A DNA stretch of 64,000 nucleotides from an uncultured delta proteobacterium (GTDB taxonomy: Bacteria > Myxococcota > Myxococcia > Myxococcales > Anaeromyxobacteraceae): positions 256,001 through 320,000 of the forward strand of contig CAWFDF010000004.1 of assembly GCA_963814585.1 (NCBI GenBank), read 5' to 3'. Made by a program: the position numbers and the translations under genes. Below, one piece after another: positions 11,103 to 20,862 of the stretch. The stretch's first letter is position 1; each line of letters starts with the position of its first letter. The notes under the pieces are model-generated. The model worked only from the letters and a program-made list of their open reading frames with translations, was not told the origin of the DNA and did no database searches.

Positions 11103-11956
11103 CCCTCGGGCGCTTCATCCACGGCGGGAGCTTCAACCGGCTCTTCTCGAGGGGCTGGCTGGCGGCCGGCTTCCTCTTCCTCTACCTGCCGATGCTGGCG
11201 CTCATCATCTACTCCTTCAACGAGTCCCCGATGCCGGTGGTCTGGGGCGGGGTCTCGCTGCGCTGGTACCGCGCCCTGGCCCAGGACCGGGAGCTGCTTG
11301 ACGGGCTCTGGCTGTCGCTGCGCATCGCCCTCTACTCCGGCCTGGCCTCGGTGGTGCTGGGGACCCTGGCGGCCTTCACGCTGGTGAAGTACCGCCGCTT
11401 CCTGGGCCGGACCATCTTCAGCGGCATGGTCAGCGCGCCGCTGGTGATGCCCGAGGTGATCATCGGGCTGTCGCTGCTGCTCATGCTGGTCACCATGCAG
11501 CGCTGGCTCGGCTTCCCGGAGCGCGGCCTCCTCACCATCTGGATGGGCCACCTGCTGCTGGGGCTGGCCTACGCCACGGTGGTGATCCAGGCCCGCCTCA
11601 AGGATCTCAACCCGGAGCTCGAGGAGGCGGCCACCGACCTGGGGGCCCGGCCCATCCAGGTCTTCTTCCTGGTGACGCTGCCGCTCATCTTCCAGTCCCT
11701 GGTCTCGGCCTTCCTGCTCACCTTCACCCTGTCGCTCGACGACGTGGTGCTCTCGGCCTTCCTGTCCGGGCCGGGGGCCACCACCATGCCCCTCGTCATC
11801 TTCTCCCGGGCCCGCCTGGGCATGCGGCCCGACGTCAACGCTGCAGCCACCATCATCATCGGCGTCGTGTCGGTGGGGGTGGTGGCCGGCAGCCTGTTCA
11901 TCGCGCGGGCGGAGCGTCGCCGTACCGCCGAGATGGCCGCCGCACAACGAGCCTGA
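11099..11956 (+). CDS. potI: Polyamine ABC transporter permease
   Basis: ATGA overlap with potH. FLYLPMLALIIYSFN, PLVMPEVIIGLSLLL, LEEAATDLGA, FTLSLDDVV. Confidence 0.92.
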   Translation: MTLGRFIHGGSFNRLFSRGWLAAGFLFLYLPMLALIIYSFNESPMPVVWGGVSLRWYRALAQDRELLDGLWLSLRIALYSGLASVVLGTLAAFTLVKYRRFLGRTIFSGMVSAPLVMPEVIIGLSLLLMLVTMQRWLGFPERGLLTIWMGHLLLGLAYATVVIQARLKDLNPELEEAATDLGARPIQVFFLVTLPLIFQSLVSAFLLTFTLSLDDVVLSAFLSGPGATTMPLVIFSRARLGMRPDVNAAATIIIGVVSVGVVAGSLFIARAERRRTAEMAAAQRA

Positions 11957-12004
11957 CCACCACGCCGGACCACACTTCCGATTCACCACCAGAGGAGCGC
12001 ACCC

Positions 12005-13339
12005 ATGAGAACCCTGAAGCTCACCATCCTGGCACTGGCCCTGGCCGGCGCCTTCCCGACCAAGGCCGCCGACCCGGCCAACGAGACGAAGAAGGTGCTG
12101 CTGGCCGCCCAGCCCGCCGCGGCGGGCATGACGCCCGAGCAGCTGGCCGAGTTCAACCGCATCGCCGTCAAGACCGAGGCGCTCGAGGACGGCCGGGACG
12201 ACTCCGGCTTCAAGGACCTCAAGATCTCCGGGTACGCCGACGTCAACTACATCTACAACTTCAACAAGGAGCGGGGCACCTTCCAGTTCCTGGTGCCGGT
12301 CGACAAGGAGGCGTACGGCTACGACAACTCCTACTTCGGCAGCGTGGCCCTGGACATCCAGAAGGAGATGGAGGGCGGCACCAAGTTCCGCCTCACCCTC
12401 ATCCCCAAGCGCTCCACCGGCGACGTCATGGGGGAGTACAGCATCGTCCACGAGGCCACCGTCTCCATCCCGCTGAGCGGCGACGTCCGGCTCTTCGCCG
12501 GCCAGATCCCCGACTGGCAGGGGTACGAGTACCTGCCGCCGACGCAGAACAAGCTGATCACCCACAACCTGCTCTTCGACTTCACGCTCCCGTCGGTCTA
12601 CACCGGCGCCGGCCTGGAGTTCCCGCTCGGCGACCTGGCCATGAAGGCCGCCATCGTCAACGTCAACACCTCGATCCGCAACATCGGCGAGAACGTCCCG
12701 GCCCTGGTCTTCCGCGGCGACTACGAGGTCAGCGAGTTCTTCGGCTGGGGCTTCGCCGGCGTGGCCGGCATGAAGGCCAACTACCGCTCCGACGACGTCA
12801 ACCCCATCACCACCGAGGCCTACGACACCAAGGACACCATGGCGGCCACCTTCGAGGTGGACGCCTGGTACACCCGCGGCGACCTGTCGCTCTTCGGGCA
12901 CGTCGCCTACGGCCAGCAGGCGGACGCCGCCATCACCGCCGACCCGAACACCGGTGAGATGCGCGACGCCCGCTGGTACGGCGCCTCGGCCCTGCTGGCC
13001 TACAAGCTCACCCCCCGCCTCGAGGGGCTGCTGCGCGCCGACTACGTCTCCAACCAGGAGAACGGCGGCGGCCTGCTCGACTGGGCCTTCGCCGACCCCA
13101 GCAACGGCATCGGCCCCGACCAGAACGGCGGCGATCCGGAGAAGGGGGCCGACAAGTACGCCATCACCGTCGGCCTGAACTACGCCATCAGCTCCAACGC
13201 CACCTTCAAGGCCGAGTACCGCTTCGACGGCGCCACCCAGAACGTTTTCGGCAACAAGGACGTGTTCGTGGGCGGGGCCGACCCGAAGTTCGGCAAGTCC
13301 AACTCGCTGGTGTCGACCGGCGTGGTGGTCTTCTTCTAG
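12005..13339 (+). CDS. Outer-membrane beta-barrel, DUF3138-like putative porin
   Basis: AGGAG RBS, signal peptide, FNRIAVKTEALED..GFKDLKISGY pattern recognised as DUF3138-like, amphipathic beta strands, C-terminal Phe (VVVFF). Confidence 0.78.
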   Translation: MRTLKLTILALALAGAFPTKAADPANETKKVLLAAQPAAAGMTPEQLAEFNRIAVKTEALEDGRDDSGFKDLKISGYADVNYIYNFNKERGTFQFLVPVDKEAYGYDNSYFGSVALDIQKEMEGGTKFRLTLIPKRSTGDVMGEYSIVHEATVSIPLSGDVRLFAGQIPDWQGYEYLPPTQNKLITHNLLFDFTLPSVYTGAGLEFPLGDLAMKAAIVNVNTSIRNIGENVPALVFRGDYEVSEFFGWGFAGVAGMKANYRSDDVNPITTEAYDTKDTMAATFEVDAWYTRGDLSLFGHVAYGQQADAAITADPNTGEMRDARWYGASALLAYKLTPRLEGLLRADYVSNQENGGGLLDWAFADPSNGIGPDQNGGDPEKGADKYAITVGLNYAISSNATFKAEYRFDGATQNVFGNKDVFVGGADPKFGKSNSLVSTGVVVFF

Positions 13340-13359
13340 CGCCGCTGCGTGTCGAGGCC

Positions 13360-13396
13360 GGGGCCGGCTCCTCGCGGGGCCGGCCCCTCTCTATTT
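13360..13396 (+). terminator. Probable intrinsic terminator of the pot-porin operon
   Basis: GGGGCCGGCTCC-TCGC-GGGGCCGGCCCC hairpin followed by TCTCTATTT. Confidence 0.7.
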
Positions 13397-13610
13397 GGTC
13401 GAAGCCGGGTCCGCGCCGCTGGCGCGCGTCGCGTCGTCCCTCGCCGGGACCGAGCCCCTCGCGAGGCGCCCGATGCCGTCGCGAGCCGGGTGACACGACG
13501 ACGGAGCCGTGAAAGCGGGCTGGTGCCCGCTGAGCCGCGGACGGAGGCGTCCGCCGGCGCAGCCCGGCAACGTGCGCCGCAGCAGGGATCGGGCGGCGGG
13601 AGCGGCCCGA

Positions 13611-14867
13611 TCAGGCGCCGGTCCTTCCGGGCCCCTCCGGGAGCAGCGCCCCGAGGTTGCCGCGGAAGTGGCGCTCCATCAGCGCGGTCACCTCGGCGCG
13701 CGCCGCGCCGGCGTCGTCGCCGCCGATGCGGCGGTGGAGGTCGCGTGCCAGGGGCGCGAAGAGATCGAGCAGGTTCGGGTCGAAGTGGCTGCCGCGCCCC
13801 TGCTCCAGGATGGCGAGCGCCTCCTCGACCGGGAGCGGCTCCTTGTAGGGCCGGCGCGAGGCCAGCGCGTCGAAGACGTCGGCCACCGCGAAGATGCGCG
13901 CCGGCAGCGGGATGGCCTCCCCACGCAGGCCGCCGCCGTATCCGGAGCCGTCCCACTTCTCGTGGTGGTGGCCAACCACCGGGGTCGCGTCGCGCAGCCA
14001 GCTGGAGCGGCCGATGATGTCGAGCCCGTGGGCGACGTGGCGCTTCATCTCCCCGAACTCGCCGGCGTCGAGCCGCCCGGGCTTGTGCAGCACCGCGTCC
14101 GGGGTGCCCAGCTTGCCCACGTCGTGCAGGAAGGCGCCCTTGAGGAGCCCGCGCATGGCGTCGCCGGAGAGCCCGGCGGCCTCGGCGAGGTGGGCGGCGT
14201 AGACCGTGACCCGGAAGTTGTGGGCGTCGGTGTCGCTGTCCCGCTTGGCGATGGCGCTGCCGACCACGCCCAGCGTCTCGAGGTTGGCGTCGAGCAGGCT
14301 GAGGGAGAGCCCCTCCAGCCGGCGCAGCAGGCGCGCCACGATGGGGTAGATGAGCGCGGCCGTGGCCAGCACGATCCCCACGGCCAGGGCGATGGTCACG
14401 GCCAGCCGTCGGCGCGCCTCCGACCGCTCCCCGGCGGAGACCTCGAACCGGGCCGTCACGTGCCCGGCCACTCGCCCGGACGAGTCGAGCAGGGGCAGGT
14501 CGACGGGGACGAGCCCGGACGCGTCGGGCTCGGTCCGGCCCGGCATGGCCGCGCGCGCCACCACGGCACGATCGGCGTCGAGGATGGCGACCTCGACGAA
14601 GCGGCCGCTGGCCGCCCCGGCCGGCGACTGCCGCAGGCGGTCGAGGAAGCGCTGGACCGCGACGTGATCGGCCAGGCCGGCGTCGAGCTGCGGCAGCAGC
14701 TCCAGGCGCACCAGCCCGGCGGCCTGGGCGGCGCGCTCGGTCACCAGCTGCCGGGTCCGCCCGTGCTCCCGGAAGCTGACGATCCCCGCGGCCGGGATGG
14801 AGACCACCACGGTCGCGAGCGCGACGCGGAGGAACAGCATCCGGTGGATCGAGCGGTCTCGCGCCAT
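13611..14867 (-). CDS. Membrane-anchored HD-GYP-type cyclic dinucleotide phosphodiesterase
   Basis: Two TM segments flanking a periplasmic region; KRDSDTDAHNFRV, LHDVGKLG, HHEKWDGSGYG, ARIFAVADVFDAL, RPYK, HFDP. Confidence 0.85.
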   Translation of the reverse strand: MARDRSIHRMLFLRVALATVVVSIPAAGIVSFREHGRTRQLVTERAAQAAGLVRLELLPQLDAGLADHVAVQRFLDRLRQSPAGAASGRFVEVAILDADRAVVARAAMPGRTEPDASGLVPVDLPLLDSSGRVAGHVTARFEVSAGERSEARRRLAVTIALAVGIVLATAALIYPIVARLLRRLEGLSLSLLDANLETLGVVGSAIAKRDSDTDAHNFRVTVYAAHLAEAAGLSGDAMRGLLKGAFLHDVGKLGTPDAVLHKPGRLDAGEFGEMKRHVAHGLDIIGRSSWLRDATPVVGHHHEKWDGSGYGGGLRGEAIPLPARIFAVADVFDALASRRPYKEPLPVEEALAILEQGRGSHFDPNLLDLFAPLARDLHRRIGGDDAGAARAEVTALMERHFRGNLGALLPEGPGRTGA

Positions 14868-14877
14868 GGAGGCGAGG

Positions 14878-15465
14878 TCAGGCCTCGATCCTGGAGCCGA
14901 GCACCTTGAGGAACTGGCGCATCCACTCCGGGTGAGCCGGCCAGGCCGGTGCCGTCACCAGGTTCCCGTCGGTGAGGGCGTTGGAGGCGGTGGCGTTGAC
15001 CTCGCCGAAGGTGCCGCCGGCGGCGGTGCACTCCGGCCCGCAGGCCGGGTAGGCGATCACCTTGCGGCCCTTGAGGACGCCGGCGGCGGCCAGGATCTGC
15101 GGCCCGTGGCAGATGGCGGCGATGGGCTTCCTGGCCTTGTCGAACTCCTGCACCAGCGCGATGACCCTGGGATCGAGCCGCAGGTACTCCGGGGCGCGGC
15201 CCCCGGGGATGCAGAGGGCGTCGTACGCACCTGCCCGGGCCTCGTCGAAGCCGGCGGTGATGGCGAAGCGGTGGCCGGTCAGCTCGACGTAGGTCTGGTC
15301 GCCCACGAAGTCGTGGACCGCGGTCTTGACGGTGTCCCCCTTCTTCTTGCCCGGGCAGACGGTGTCGACCGTGTGCCCGACCATGGTGAGGATCTGGTAG
15401 GGCACCATCGCCTCGTAGTCCTCGACGAAATCGCCGACCAGCATCAGGATCTTCTTCGCGCTCAT
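14878..15465 (-). CDS. DJ-1/PfpI family protein (glyoxalase III/deglycase-like)
   Basis: GDFVEDYE, IPGGRAPEYLR, nucleophile elbow AAICHGPQILA, LVTAPAWPAHP. Confidence 0.9.
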   Translation of the reverse strand: MSAKKILMLVGDFVEDYEAMVPYQILTMVGHTVDTVCPGKKKGDTVKTAVHDFVGDQTYVELTGHRFAITAGFDEARAGAYDALCIPGGRAPEYLRLDPRVIALVQEFDKARKPIAAICHGPQILAAAGVLKGRKVIAYPACGPECTAAGGTFGEVNATASNALTDGNLVTAPAWPAHPEWMRQFLKVLGSRIEA

Positions 15466-15740
15466 GGGTGGCCTCCTCGGCCCGGTTGGGCCCCGCCTGG
15501 CGGGGTGGCCCGATCATGGGCCGTCAACGATCGCTTTGCGGTGGCCGGATGGGGCGTTGCGGACCTGGCGCCCCGGCCCCGGGCGGAAGGCTGGGCCGAG
15601 GTGACGGGTCTCCCGGCCGGGGCGTTCCACCCCGGATCGGGCCGGCCTGGGCCGGCTTCCCTTGAAGCGCTGCGGCCCGGCGCTTACATGACCACCCGTT
15701 CCCGGCCGCCTTCCGGCCGGTTCCGCCCAGGGGCGACGCC

Positions 15741-16877
15741 ATGATGATCCGTACCAAGCAGTGGTTGGGCGCAGGGCTGGGGCTCCTCGTCGTGGTCGGC
15801 GCGCTGGTCGGAGTGAAGGCTGGGCAGATCGGCGTGATGATCGCCAGCGGCAAGACCTTCTCGCCACCACCCGAGTCGGTCACCTCGGCCCCGGTCCAGG
15901 CCACCGAGTGGCAGCCTTCCCTCCCGGCCAGCGGCAGCGTGGTGGCCATGCGCGGCGTGACCCTGGGCGCCGAGCTGCCCGGCACGGTGCGCGAGGTCGC
16001 CTTCGACTCCGGCGCCTGGGTCCAGCAGGGCGCGGTGCTGGTCCGGCTCGACACCTCCTCCGAGGAGGCGGCGCTCGCCGGCGCCAGGGCCGACGCCACG
16101 CTGGCCCGCCTGGCGCTGGAGCGGGCCCGCAGCCTGCGGCAGTCGGACGTCAACTCCCAGGCCGACCTCGACGGCGCCGAGGCCAGGGCCGCCCAGGCCG
16201 ACGCCGCGGTGGCCGGGCTGGAGGCCGCCATCGCCAAGAAGACCATCCGGGCTCCCTTCGCCGGCCGGATCGCCATCCGCCAGGTCGAGGTCGGGCAGGT
16301 GGTGACCCCCGGGACCCCGGTGGCCTCGCTCCAGTCGGTCGATCCGACCTTCGTCGACTTCTGGCTGCCCCAGCAGGCGCTGGCCTCCCTGCAGGTCGGC
16401 CAGCAGGTGCGCCTCACCACCGACACCTACGTGGGCTCGACCTGGGACGGCCGGCTCACCACCATCAACCCGGAGATCGACCCGGCCACGCGCAACGTGC
16501 GGCTGCGGGCCACCTTCCCCAACCCCGACGGCCGGCTCCGCCCCGGCATGTTCGCCAGCGTCGAGGTGCTCTCCGCCGACCGCCAGCCGGTGCTGCTGGT
16601 CCCGGCCACCTCGGCCATCTACGCCCCCTACGGCGACTCGGTCTTCGTGCTGGAGCCGGCCGCCGAGGCCGGCAAGCCACCCGGGATGACGGCGCGGCAG
16701 CGGTTCGTCCGGCTCGGCCAGCGCCGCGGCGACCTGGTGGCGGTGGTGTCGGGGCTGAAGGCCGGCGAGACGGTGGTGAGCAGCGGGGCCTTCAAGCTCC
16801 GCAACGGCGCCGCCGTGGTGGTCCACAACGACCAGGCCCCCGAGGCCGAGCTGGACCCCCGGCCGGTCGACCGGTGA
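15741..16877 (+). CDS. RND efflux membrane fusion (periplasmic adaptor) protein
   Basis: N-terminal TM anchor, lipoyl-hairpin pattern, KKTIRAPFAGRI, IDPATRNVRLRA, LRPGMFA, GETVVSSGAFKLRNG. Confidence 0.92.
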   Translation: MMIRTKQWLGAGLGLLVVVGALVGVKAGQIGVMIASGKTFSPPPESVTSAPVQATEWQPSLPASGSVVAMRGVTLGAELPGTVREVAFDSGAWVQQGAVLVRLDTSSEEAALAGARADATLARLALERARSLRQSDVNSQADLDGAEARAAQADAAVAGLEAAIAKKTIRAPFAGRIAIRQVEVGQVVTPGTPVASLQSVDPTFVDFWLPQQALASLQVGQQVRLTTDTYVGSTWDGRLTTINPEIDPATRNVRLRATFPNPDGRLRPGMFASVEVLSADRQPVLLVPATSAIYAPYGDSVFVLEPAAEAGKPPGMTARQRFVRLGQRRGDLVAVVSGLKAGETVVSSGAFKLRNGAAVVVHNDQAPEAELDPRPVDR

Positions 16878-16895
16878 GGCGGCGAGGGGCCTGAC

Positions 16896-19800
16896 ATGCG
16901 CTTCACCGATCTCTTCATCAAGCGTCCCGTCATCGCGGTGGTGGTGAGCCTGGCCATCGTCATCGCCGGCCTGCAGGCCATCCGCTCCCTCAACGTCCGG
17001 CAGTACCCGCGCAGCGAGAACGCGGCCATCACCGTGACCACGGTCTACGTCGGAGCCAACGCCGAGCTGGTGCGCGGCTTCATCTCCACGCCCCTGGAGC
17101 GGGTCATCGCCGCCGCCGACGGCATCGACTACATCGAGTCGGAGAGCCGGCAGAACGTCTCGGTGATCCGGGCCAGGCTCCGGCTCGACCAGGACGCCAC
17201 CCGCGCCCTCGCCGAGATCAGCTCCAAGGTCGACCAGGTGCGCGGCGACCTGCCGCCGGAGGCCCAGGTCCCCATCCTCAACATCGAGTCGGCCGACAGC
17301 CAGTTCGCCTCCGCCTACCTGAGCTTCTCCTCGCAGTTCCTCAAGCAGAACGAGATCACCGACTACCTGGTGCGGGTGGTGCAGCCGCGCCTCACCGCGG
17401 TCGAGGGCGTGCAGCGGGCCGACGTGCTCGGCGCCCGCACCTTCGCGATGCGCATCTGGCTCAAGCCCGACCGGCTGGCCGCGCTGGGCGTCAGCCCGGC
17501 GCAGGTGCGCCAGGCGCTGGCCGCCAACAACTACCTGGCCGCGGTGGGGCAGACCAAGGGGGCGCTGGTCCAGGTCAACCTCACCGCCAACACCGACCTG
17601 CGATCGGTGAAGGAGTTCCAGCAGCTGGTGATCCGGGAGCAGGCCGGGTCGCTGGTGCGGCTCGGCGACGTGGCCGACGTGGTGCTGGGGGCCGAGGACT
17701 ACGACACCTCGGTGGCCTTCTCCGGCCAGACCGCGGTCTTCATCGGCATCTGGGCGCTCCCCAACGCCAACTCGCTCGACGTCATCAAGCGCATCCGCGG
17801 CGAGATGGCCTCGATCCAGAAGGAGCTGCCCGAGCAGCTCCAGGCCCGCATCGCCTTCGACGGCACCACCTACATCCGCAGCGCCATCTCCGACGTGGTC
17901 AAGACCCTGGTGGAGACGCTGCTCATCGTGGTGCTGGTGATCTTCCTCTTCCTCGGCTCGGCCCGCTCGGTGCTGGTGCCGGTGGTGGCCATCCCGGTCT
18001 CGCTCATCGGTGCGGTCTTCCTCATGCAGGTCCTCGGCTTCACCGTGAACCTGCTCACGCTGCTGGCCATCGTGCTCTCGGTGGGCCTGGTGGTGGACGA
18101 CGCCATCGTGGTGGTGGAGAACGTGGAGCGGAACATCCGGCTCGGGCTGAAGCCGGTGGAGGCGGCGCTGGTCGGCGCCCGCGAGCTGGTCGGTCCCATC
18201 GTGGCCATGACCATCACGCTGGCGGCCGTCTACGCCCCCATCGCCTTCCAGGGTGGCTTGACCGGGTCGCTCTTCCGCGAGTTCGCGCTGACCCTGGCCG
18301 GCGCGGTGGCCATCTCCGGCGTGGTGGCGCTGACCCTCTCGCCCATGATGTCGGCCAGGCTGCTCCGGGAGGGCCACCAGCCGAGCGGCCTGGCCCTGCT
18401 CCCCACCCGGGCCTTCGAGTGGCTCAAGGCCACCTACTCACGCCACCTCGACGTGGCCCTGGGGATGCGGCCCGTCATCTATGCCGCCTGGGCGGTGGTG
18501 GCGCTGCTGGGGCTGGCCATGTTCAGCCAGTCGCCCAAGGAGCTGGCCCCGGTCGAGGACCAGGGGGTCATCTTCGGCATCGTCAACACGCCGTCCGACT
18601 CCACCCTGGAGCGGGTGGTGGCCTCCACCCGCGAGGTGAACCGCACGGTGATGGAGGTGCCGGAGGGGGCCTACACCTTCCAGGTCACGCTCCCGACCGG
18701 TGGCTTCTGGGGCCTGGCGATGAAGCCCTGGAGCGAGCGGACGCGGAAGACCTCCGCGATCCTGCCCGAGGTCAGCCAGCGGGTGAGCGCCATCCCCGGG
18801 GTCCAGACCTTCCCGGTGCTGCCGCCGGCGCTCCCGGGTGGCGGCACCTTCCCGGTCGAGGTGGTGCTGGCCTCCACCGCCGAGAGCACCGAGATCCTGG
18901 GCTTCGCCAGGCAGCTCCAGGAGAAGGCGGCCCGGAGCGGCCTCTTCGCCTTCCCGCCGCTCATCGACGTCAAGATCGACCAGCCCCAGTCCGAGATCGT
19001 GCTGGATCGCGAGAAGGTGGCGGCCATGGGGCTGAGCCTCCAGCAGGTCGGGCAGGACCTGGCCGCCGCGGTGGGCGGGAACTTCGTCAACCGGTTCTCG
19101 GTGGCGGGGCGCAGCTACAAGGTGATCCCCCAGCTGCTGCGCACCGACCGGCTCAACCCCGACCAGCTCAAGGACCTGCACGTGACCGGCCCGGGCGGGA
19201 AGCTCATCGCCCTCTCCTCGATCGCCACCATCCACGAGCACGTCACGCCGCGATCGCTCAACCGCTTCCAGCAGCTCAACTCGGTCAAGCTGAGCGGCGT
19301 GGCCATCCGCCCGCTCGACGACGCCCTCCGGTTCCTGGAGACCGAGGCGGCCGGGATCCTGCCGGCCGGCTACACGCTCGGGTACACCGGCGAGTCGAGG
19401 CAGCTGCGCACCGAGGGGAACAGGTTCCTCCCGGCCTTCCTGCTGGCGGTGGTCCTGATCTTCCTGGTGCTGGCGGCCCAGTTCAACAGCTTCCGCGACC
19501 CGCTGGTGATCCTGGCCGGGTCGGTGCCGCTCGCCATGTTCGGCGCGCTCGCCTTCACCTTCCTGAAGATGCCCAACCCCAACCTGCACTTCTTCACCGA
19601 CGGCTGGACCACCACCCTCAACATCTACTCGCAGGTGGGGCTGGTGACGCTGGTGGGGCTGGTGGCCAAGAACGGCATCCTCATCGTCGAGTTCGCCAAC
19701 CGGCTGCAGGAGCAGGGGGTGGGCAAGGTCGAGGCGGTGCGGGAGGCGGCGGTGACGCGCCTGCGCCCCATCCTCATGACCAGCGTGGCCACCGTCTGCG

Positions 19801-20000
19801 GCCACTTCCCGCTGACGATGGTGACCGGCCCCGGGGCGGCGGCCCGCAACAGCATCGGCCTGGTGCTGGTGGGCGGCATGGTCATCGGCACCGCCTTCAC
19901 GCTCTTCTTCGTGCCGGCCATCTACGTCCTGGTGGCCCGCGATCACCGCGCCGTGGCGGCCAGGACGCAGCCGGCCGCGCCCCAGCCGGAGGCCGGCTAG
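16896..20000 (+). CDS. RND efflux transporter permease (AcrB/MexW-like)
   Basis: 1034 aa; MRFTDLFIKRPV, GLVVDDAIVVVENVER, LFREFALTL, AKNGILIVEFA, RLRPILMTS. Confidence 0.95.
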   Translation: MRFTDLFIKRPVIAVVVSLAIVIAGLQAIRSLNVRQYPRSENAAITVTTVYVGANAELVRGFISTPLERVIAAADGIDYIESESRQNVSVIRARLRLDQDATRALAEISSKVDQVRGDLPPEAQVPILNIESADSQFASAYLSFSSQFLKQNEITDYLVRVVQPRLTAVEGVQRADVLGARTFAMRIWLKPDRLAALGVSPAQVRQALAANNYLAAVGQTKGALVQVNLTANTDLRSVKEFQQLVIREQAGSLVRLGDVADVVLGAEDYDTSVAFSGQTAVFIGIWALPNANSLDVIKRIRGEMASIQKELPEQLQARIAFDGTTYIRSAISDVVKTLVETLLIVVLVIFLFLGSARSVLVPVVAIPVSLIGAVFLMQVLGFTVNLLTLLAIVLSVGLVVDDAIVVVENVERNIRLGLKPVEAALVGARELVGPIVAMTITLAAVYAPIAFQGGLTGSLFREFALTLAGAVAISGVVALTLSPMMSARLLREGHQPSGLALLPTRAFEWLKATYSRHLDVALGMRPVIYAAWAVVALLGLAMFSQSPKELAPVEDQGVIFGIVNTPSDSTLERVVASTREVNRTVMEVPEGAYTFQVTLPTGGFWGLAMKPWSERTRKTSAILPEVSQRVSAIPGVQTFPVLPPALPGGGTFPVEVVLASTAESTEILGFARQLQEKAARSGLFAFPPLIDVKIDQPQSEIVLDREKVAAMGLSLQQVGQDLAAAVGGNFVNRFSVAGRSYKVIPQLLRTDRLNPDQLKDLHVTGPGGKLIALSSIATIHEHVTPRSLNRFQQLNSVKLSGVAIRPLDDALRFLETEAAGILPAGYTLGYTGESRQLRTEGNRFLPAFLLAVVLIFLVLAAQFNSFRDPLVILAGSVPLAMFGALAFTFLKMPNPNLHFFTDGWTTTLNIYSQVGLVTLVGLVAKNGILIVEFANRLQEQGVGKVEAVREAAVTRLRPILMTSVATVCGHFPLTMVTGPGAAARNSIGLVLVGGMVIGTAFTLFFVPAIYVLVARDHRAVAARTQPAAPQPEAG

Positions 20001-20009
20001 TTCCGAGAC

Positions 20010-20035
20010 CCTCGCCCGCCGCGAGGCGGGCGAGG
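20010..20035. terminator. GC-rich hairpin between convergent genes (possible terminator)
   Basis: CCTCGCCCGCC-GCGA-GGCGGGCGAGG, 11-bp stem with GNRA loop, 10 nt after the RND stop; no U-tract. Confidence 0.5.
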
Positions 20036-20102
20036 CCGGGCACCGGGCGGGGCCCCGACGACCGGGCCGCGGAGGCGGGCTGGTGGCCCTCCGGGCAGCG
20101 CC

Positions 20103-20528
20103 CTACCCCGCCACCACCCGGCGGAAGGCCTCCGGCAGGTGCGCCACCTTCCGCGCCGCGTAGTCGAAGAAGATGATCCCGGTCTTGGCCAGGGCGATCT
20201 CGCGGCCGGTGGCGGAGTCGGTGAAGCGATAGAGCAGGTCGAGGCCGCGAGAGCGGACGTCGGACCAGGCCAGCTCGGCCCGGAGCACCATCCCGTACCG
20301 CCCCTCGGCCCGGTAGACGACGGCGGCGTCGGCGACGACGATGCCGAGGCCGGCGATGTCGAGCTCGCCCCAGCCGTGGCTGGCGAGCCAGCGCACTCGC
20401 GCCTCCTGCGCCAGCGTGAGCACGGCGTCGTTGCCGAGGTGGTTGCCGTAGTTGATGTCCGAGATCCGGATGGGGATCTCGGTGACGAAGGGGAACCGCT
20501 CCGGCAGCTCGATCTCGACGCGGGCCAT
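20103..20528 (-). CDS. Acyl-CoA thioesterase (hotdog fold)
   Basis: IRISDINYGNHLGND motif; start reassigned to ATG 20528 (MARVEIELP). Confidence 0.88.
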   Translation of the reverse strand: MARVEIELPERFPFVTEIPIRISDINYGNHLGNDAVLTLAQEARVRWLASHGWGELDIAGLGIVVADAAVVYRAEGRYGMVLRAELAWSDVRSRGLDLLYRFTDSATGREIALAKTGIIFFDYAARKVAHLPEAFRRVVAG

Positions 20529-20539
20529 GGGCGTCCCGC

Positions 20540-20827
20540 TCAGGCCCTGTCGAGGTCCTCGAGCCCGATGTTGGGGAGCCACGGCAGCAGCTCGTACTGG
20601 GCCACCCCGTGCTTCACGAAGGGATCGCCGTCGCGCACCGAGAGCAGCGCGGCGTCGGCGTCGGCCACGCGGAGCAGCAGGGCGCCGCCGAAGCGCGGCT
20701 CGAGCGGCCCGGAGGCCACCAGGATCTTCCTGGCCTTGAGCTCGCGCAGGTAGGCGCGGTGCTCGTCGACCACCCGGAGCACCTCCTCCAGCGGCTTGCG
20801 GTAGCGGATGATGGCGATGGCGTACAT
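20540..20827 (-). CDS. YciI family protein
   Basis: EHRAYL, LVASGP..PRFGGALL, DPF; 95 aa. Confidence 0.85.
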   Translation of the reverse strand: MYAIAIIRYRKPLEEVLRVVDEHRAYLRELKARKILVASGPLEPRFGGALLLRVADADAALLSVRDGDPFVKHGVAQYELLPWLPNIGLEDLDRA

Positions 20828-20862
20828 GGGGGTTCCTCTCGGGTCGGGGGGAGCGGCGACGG

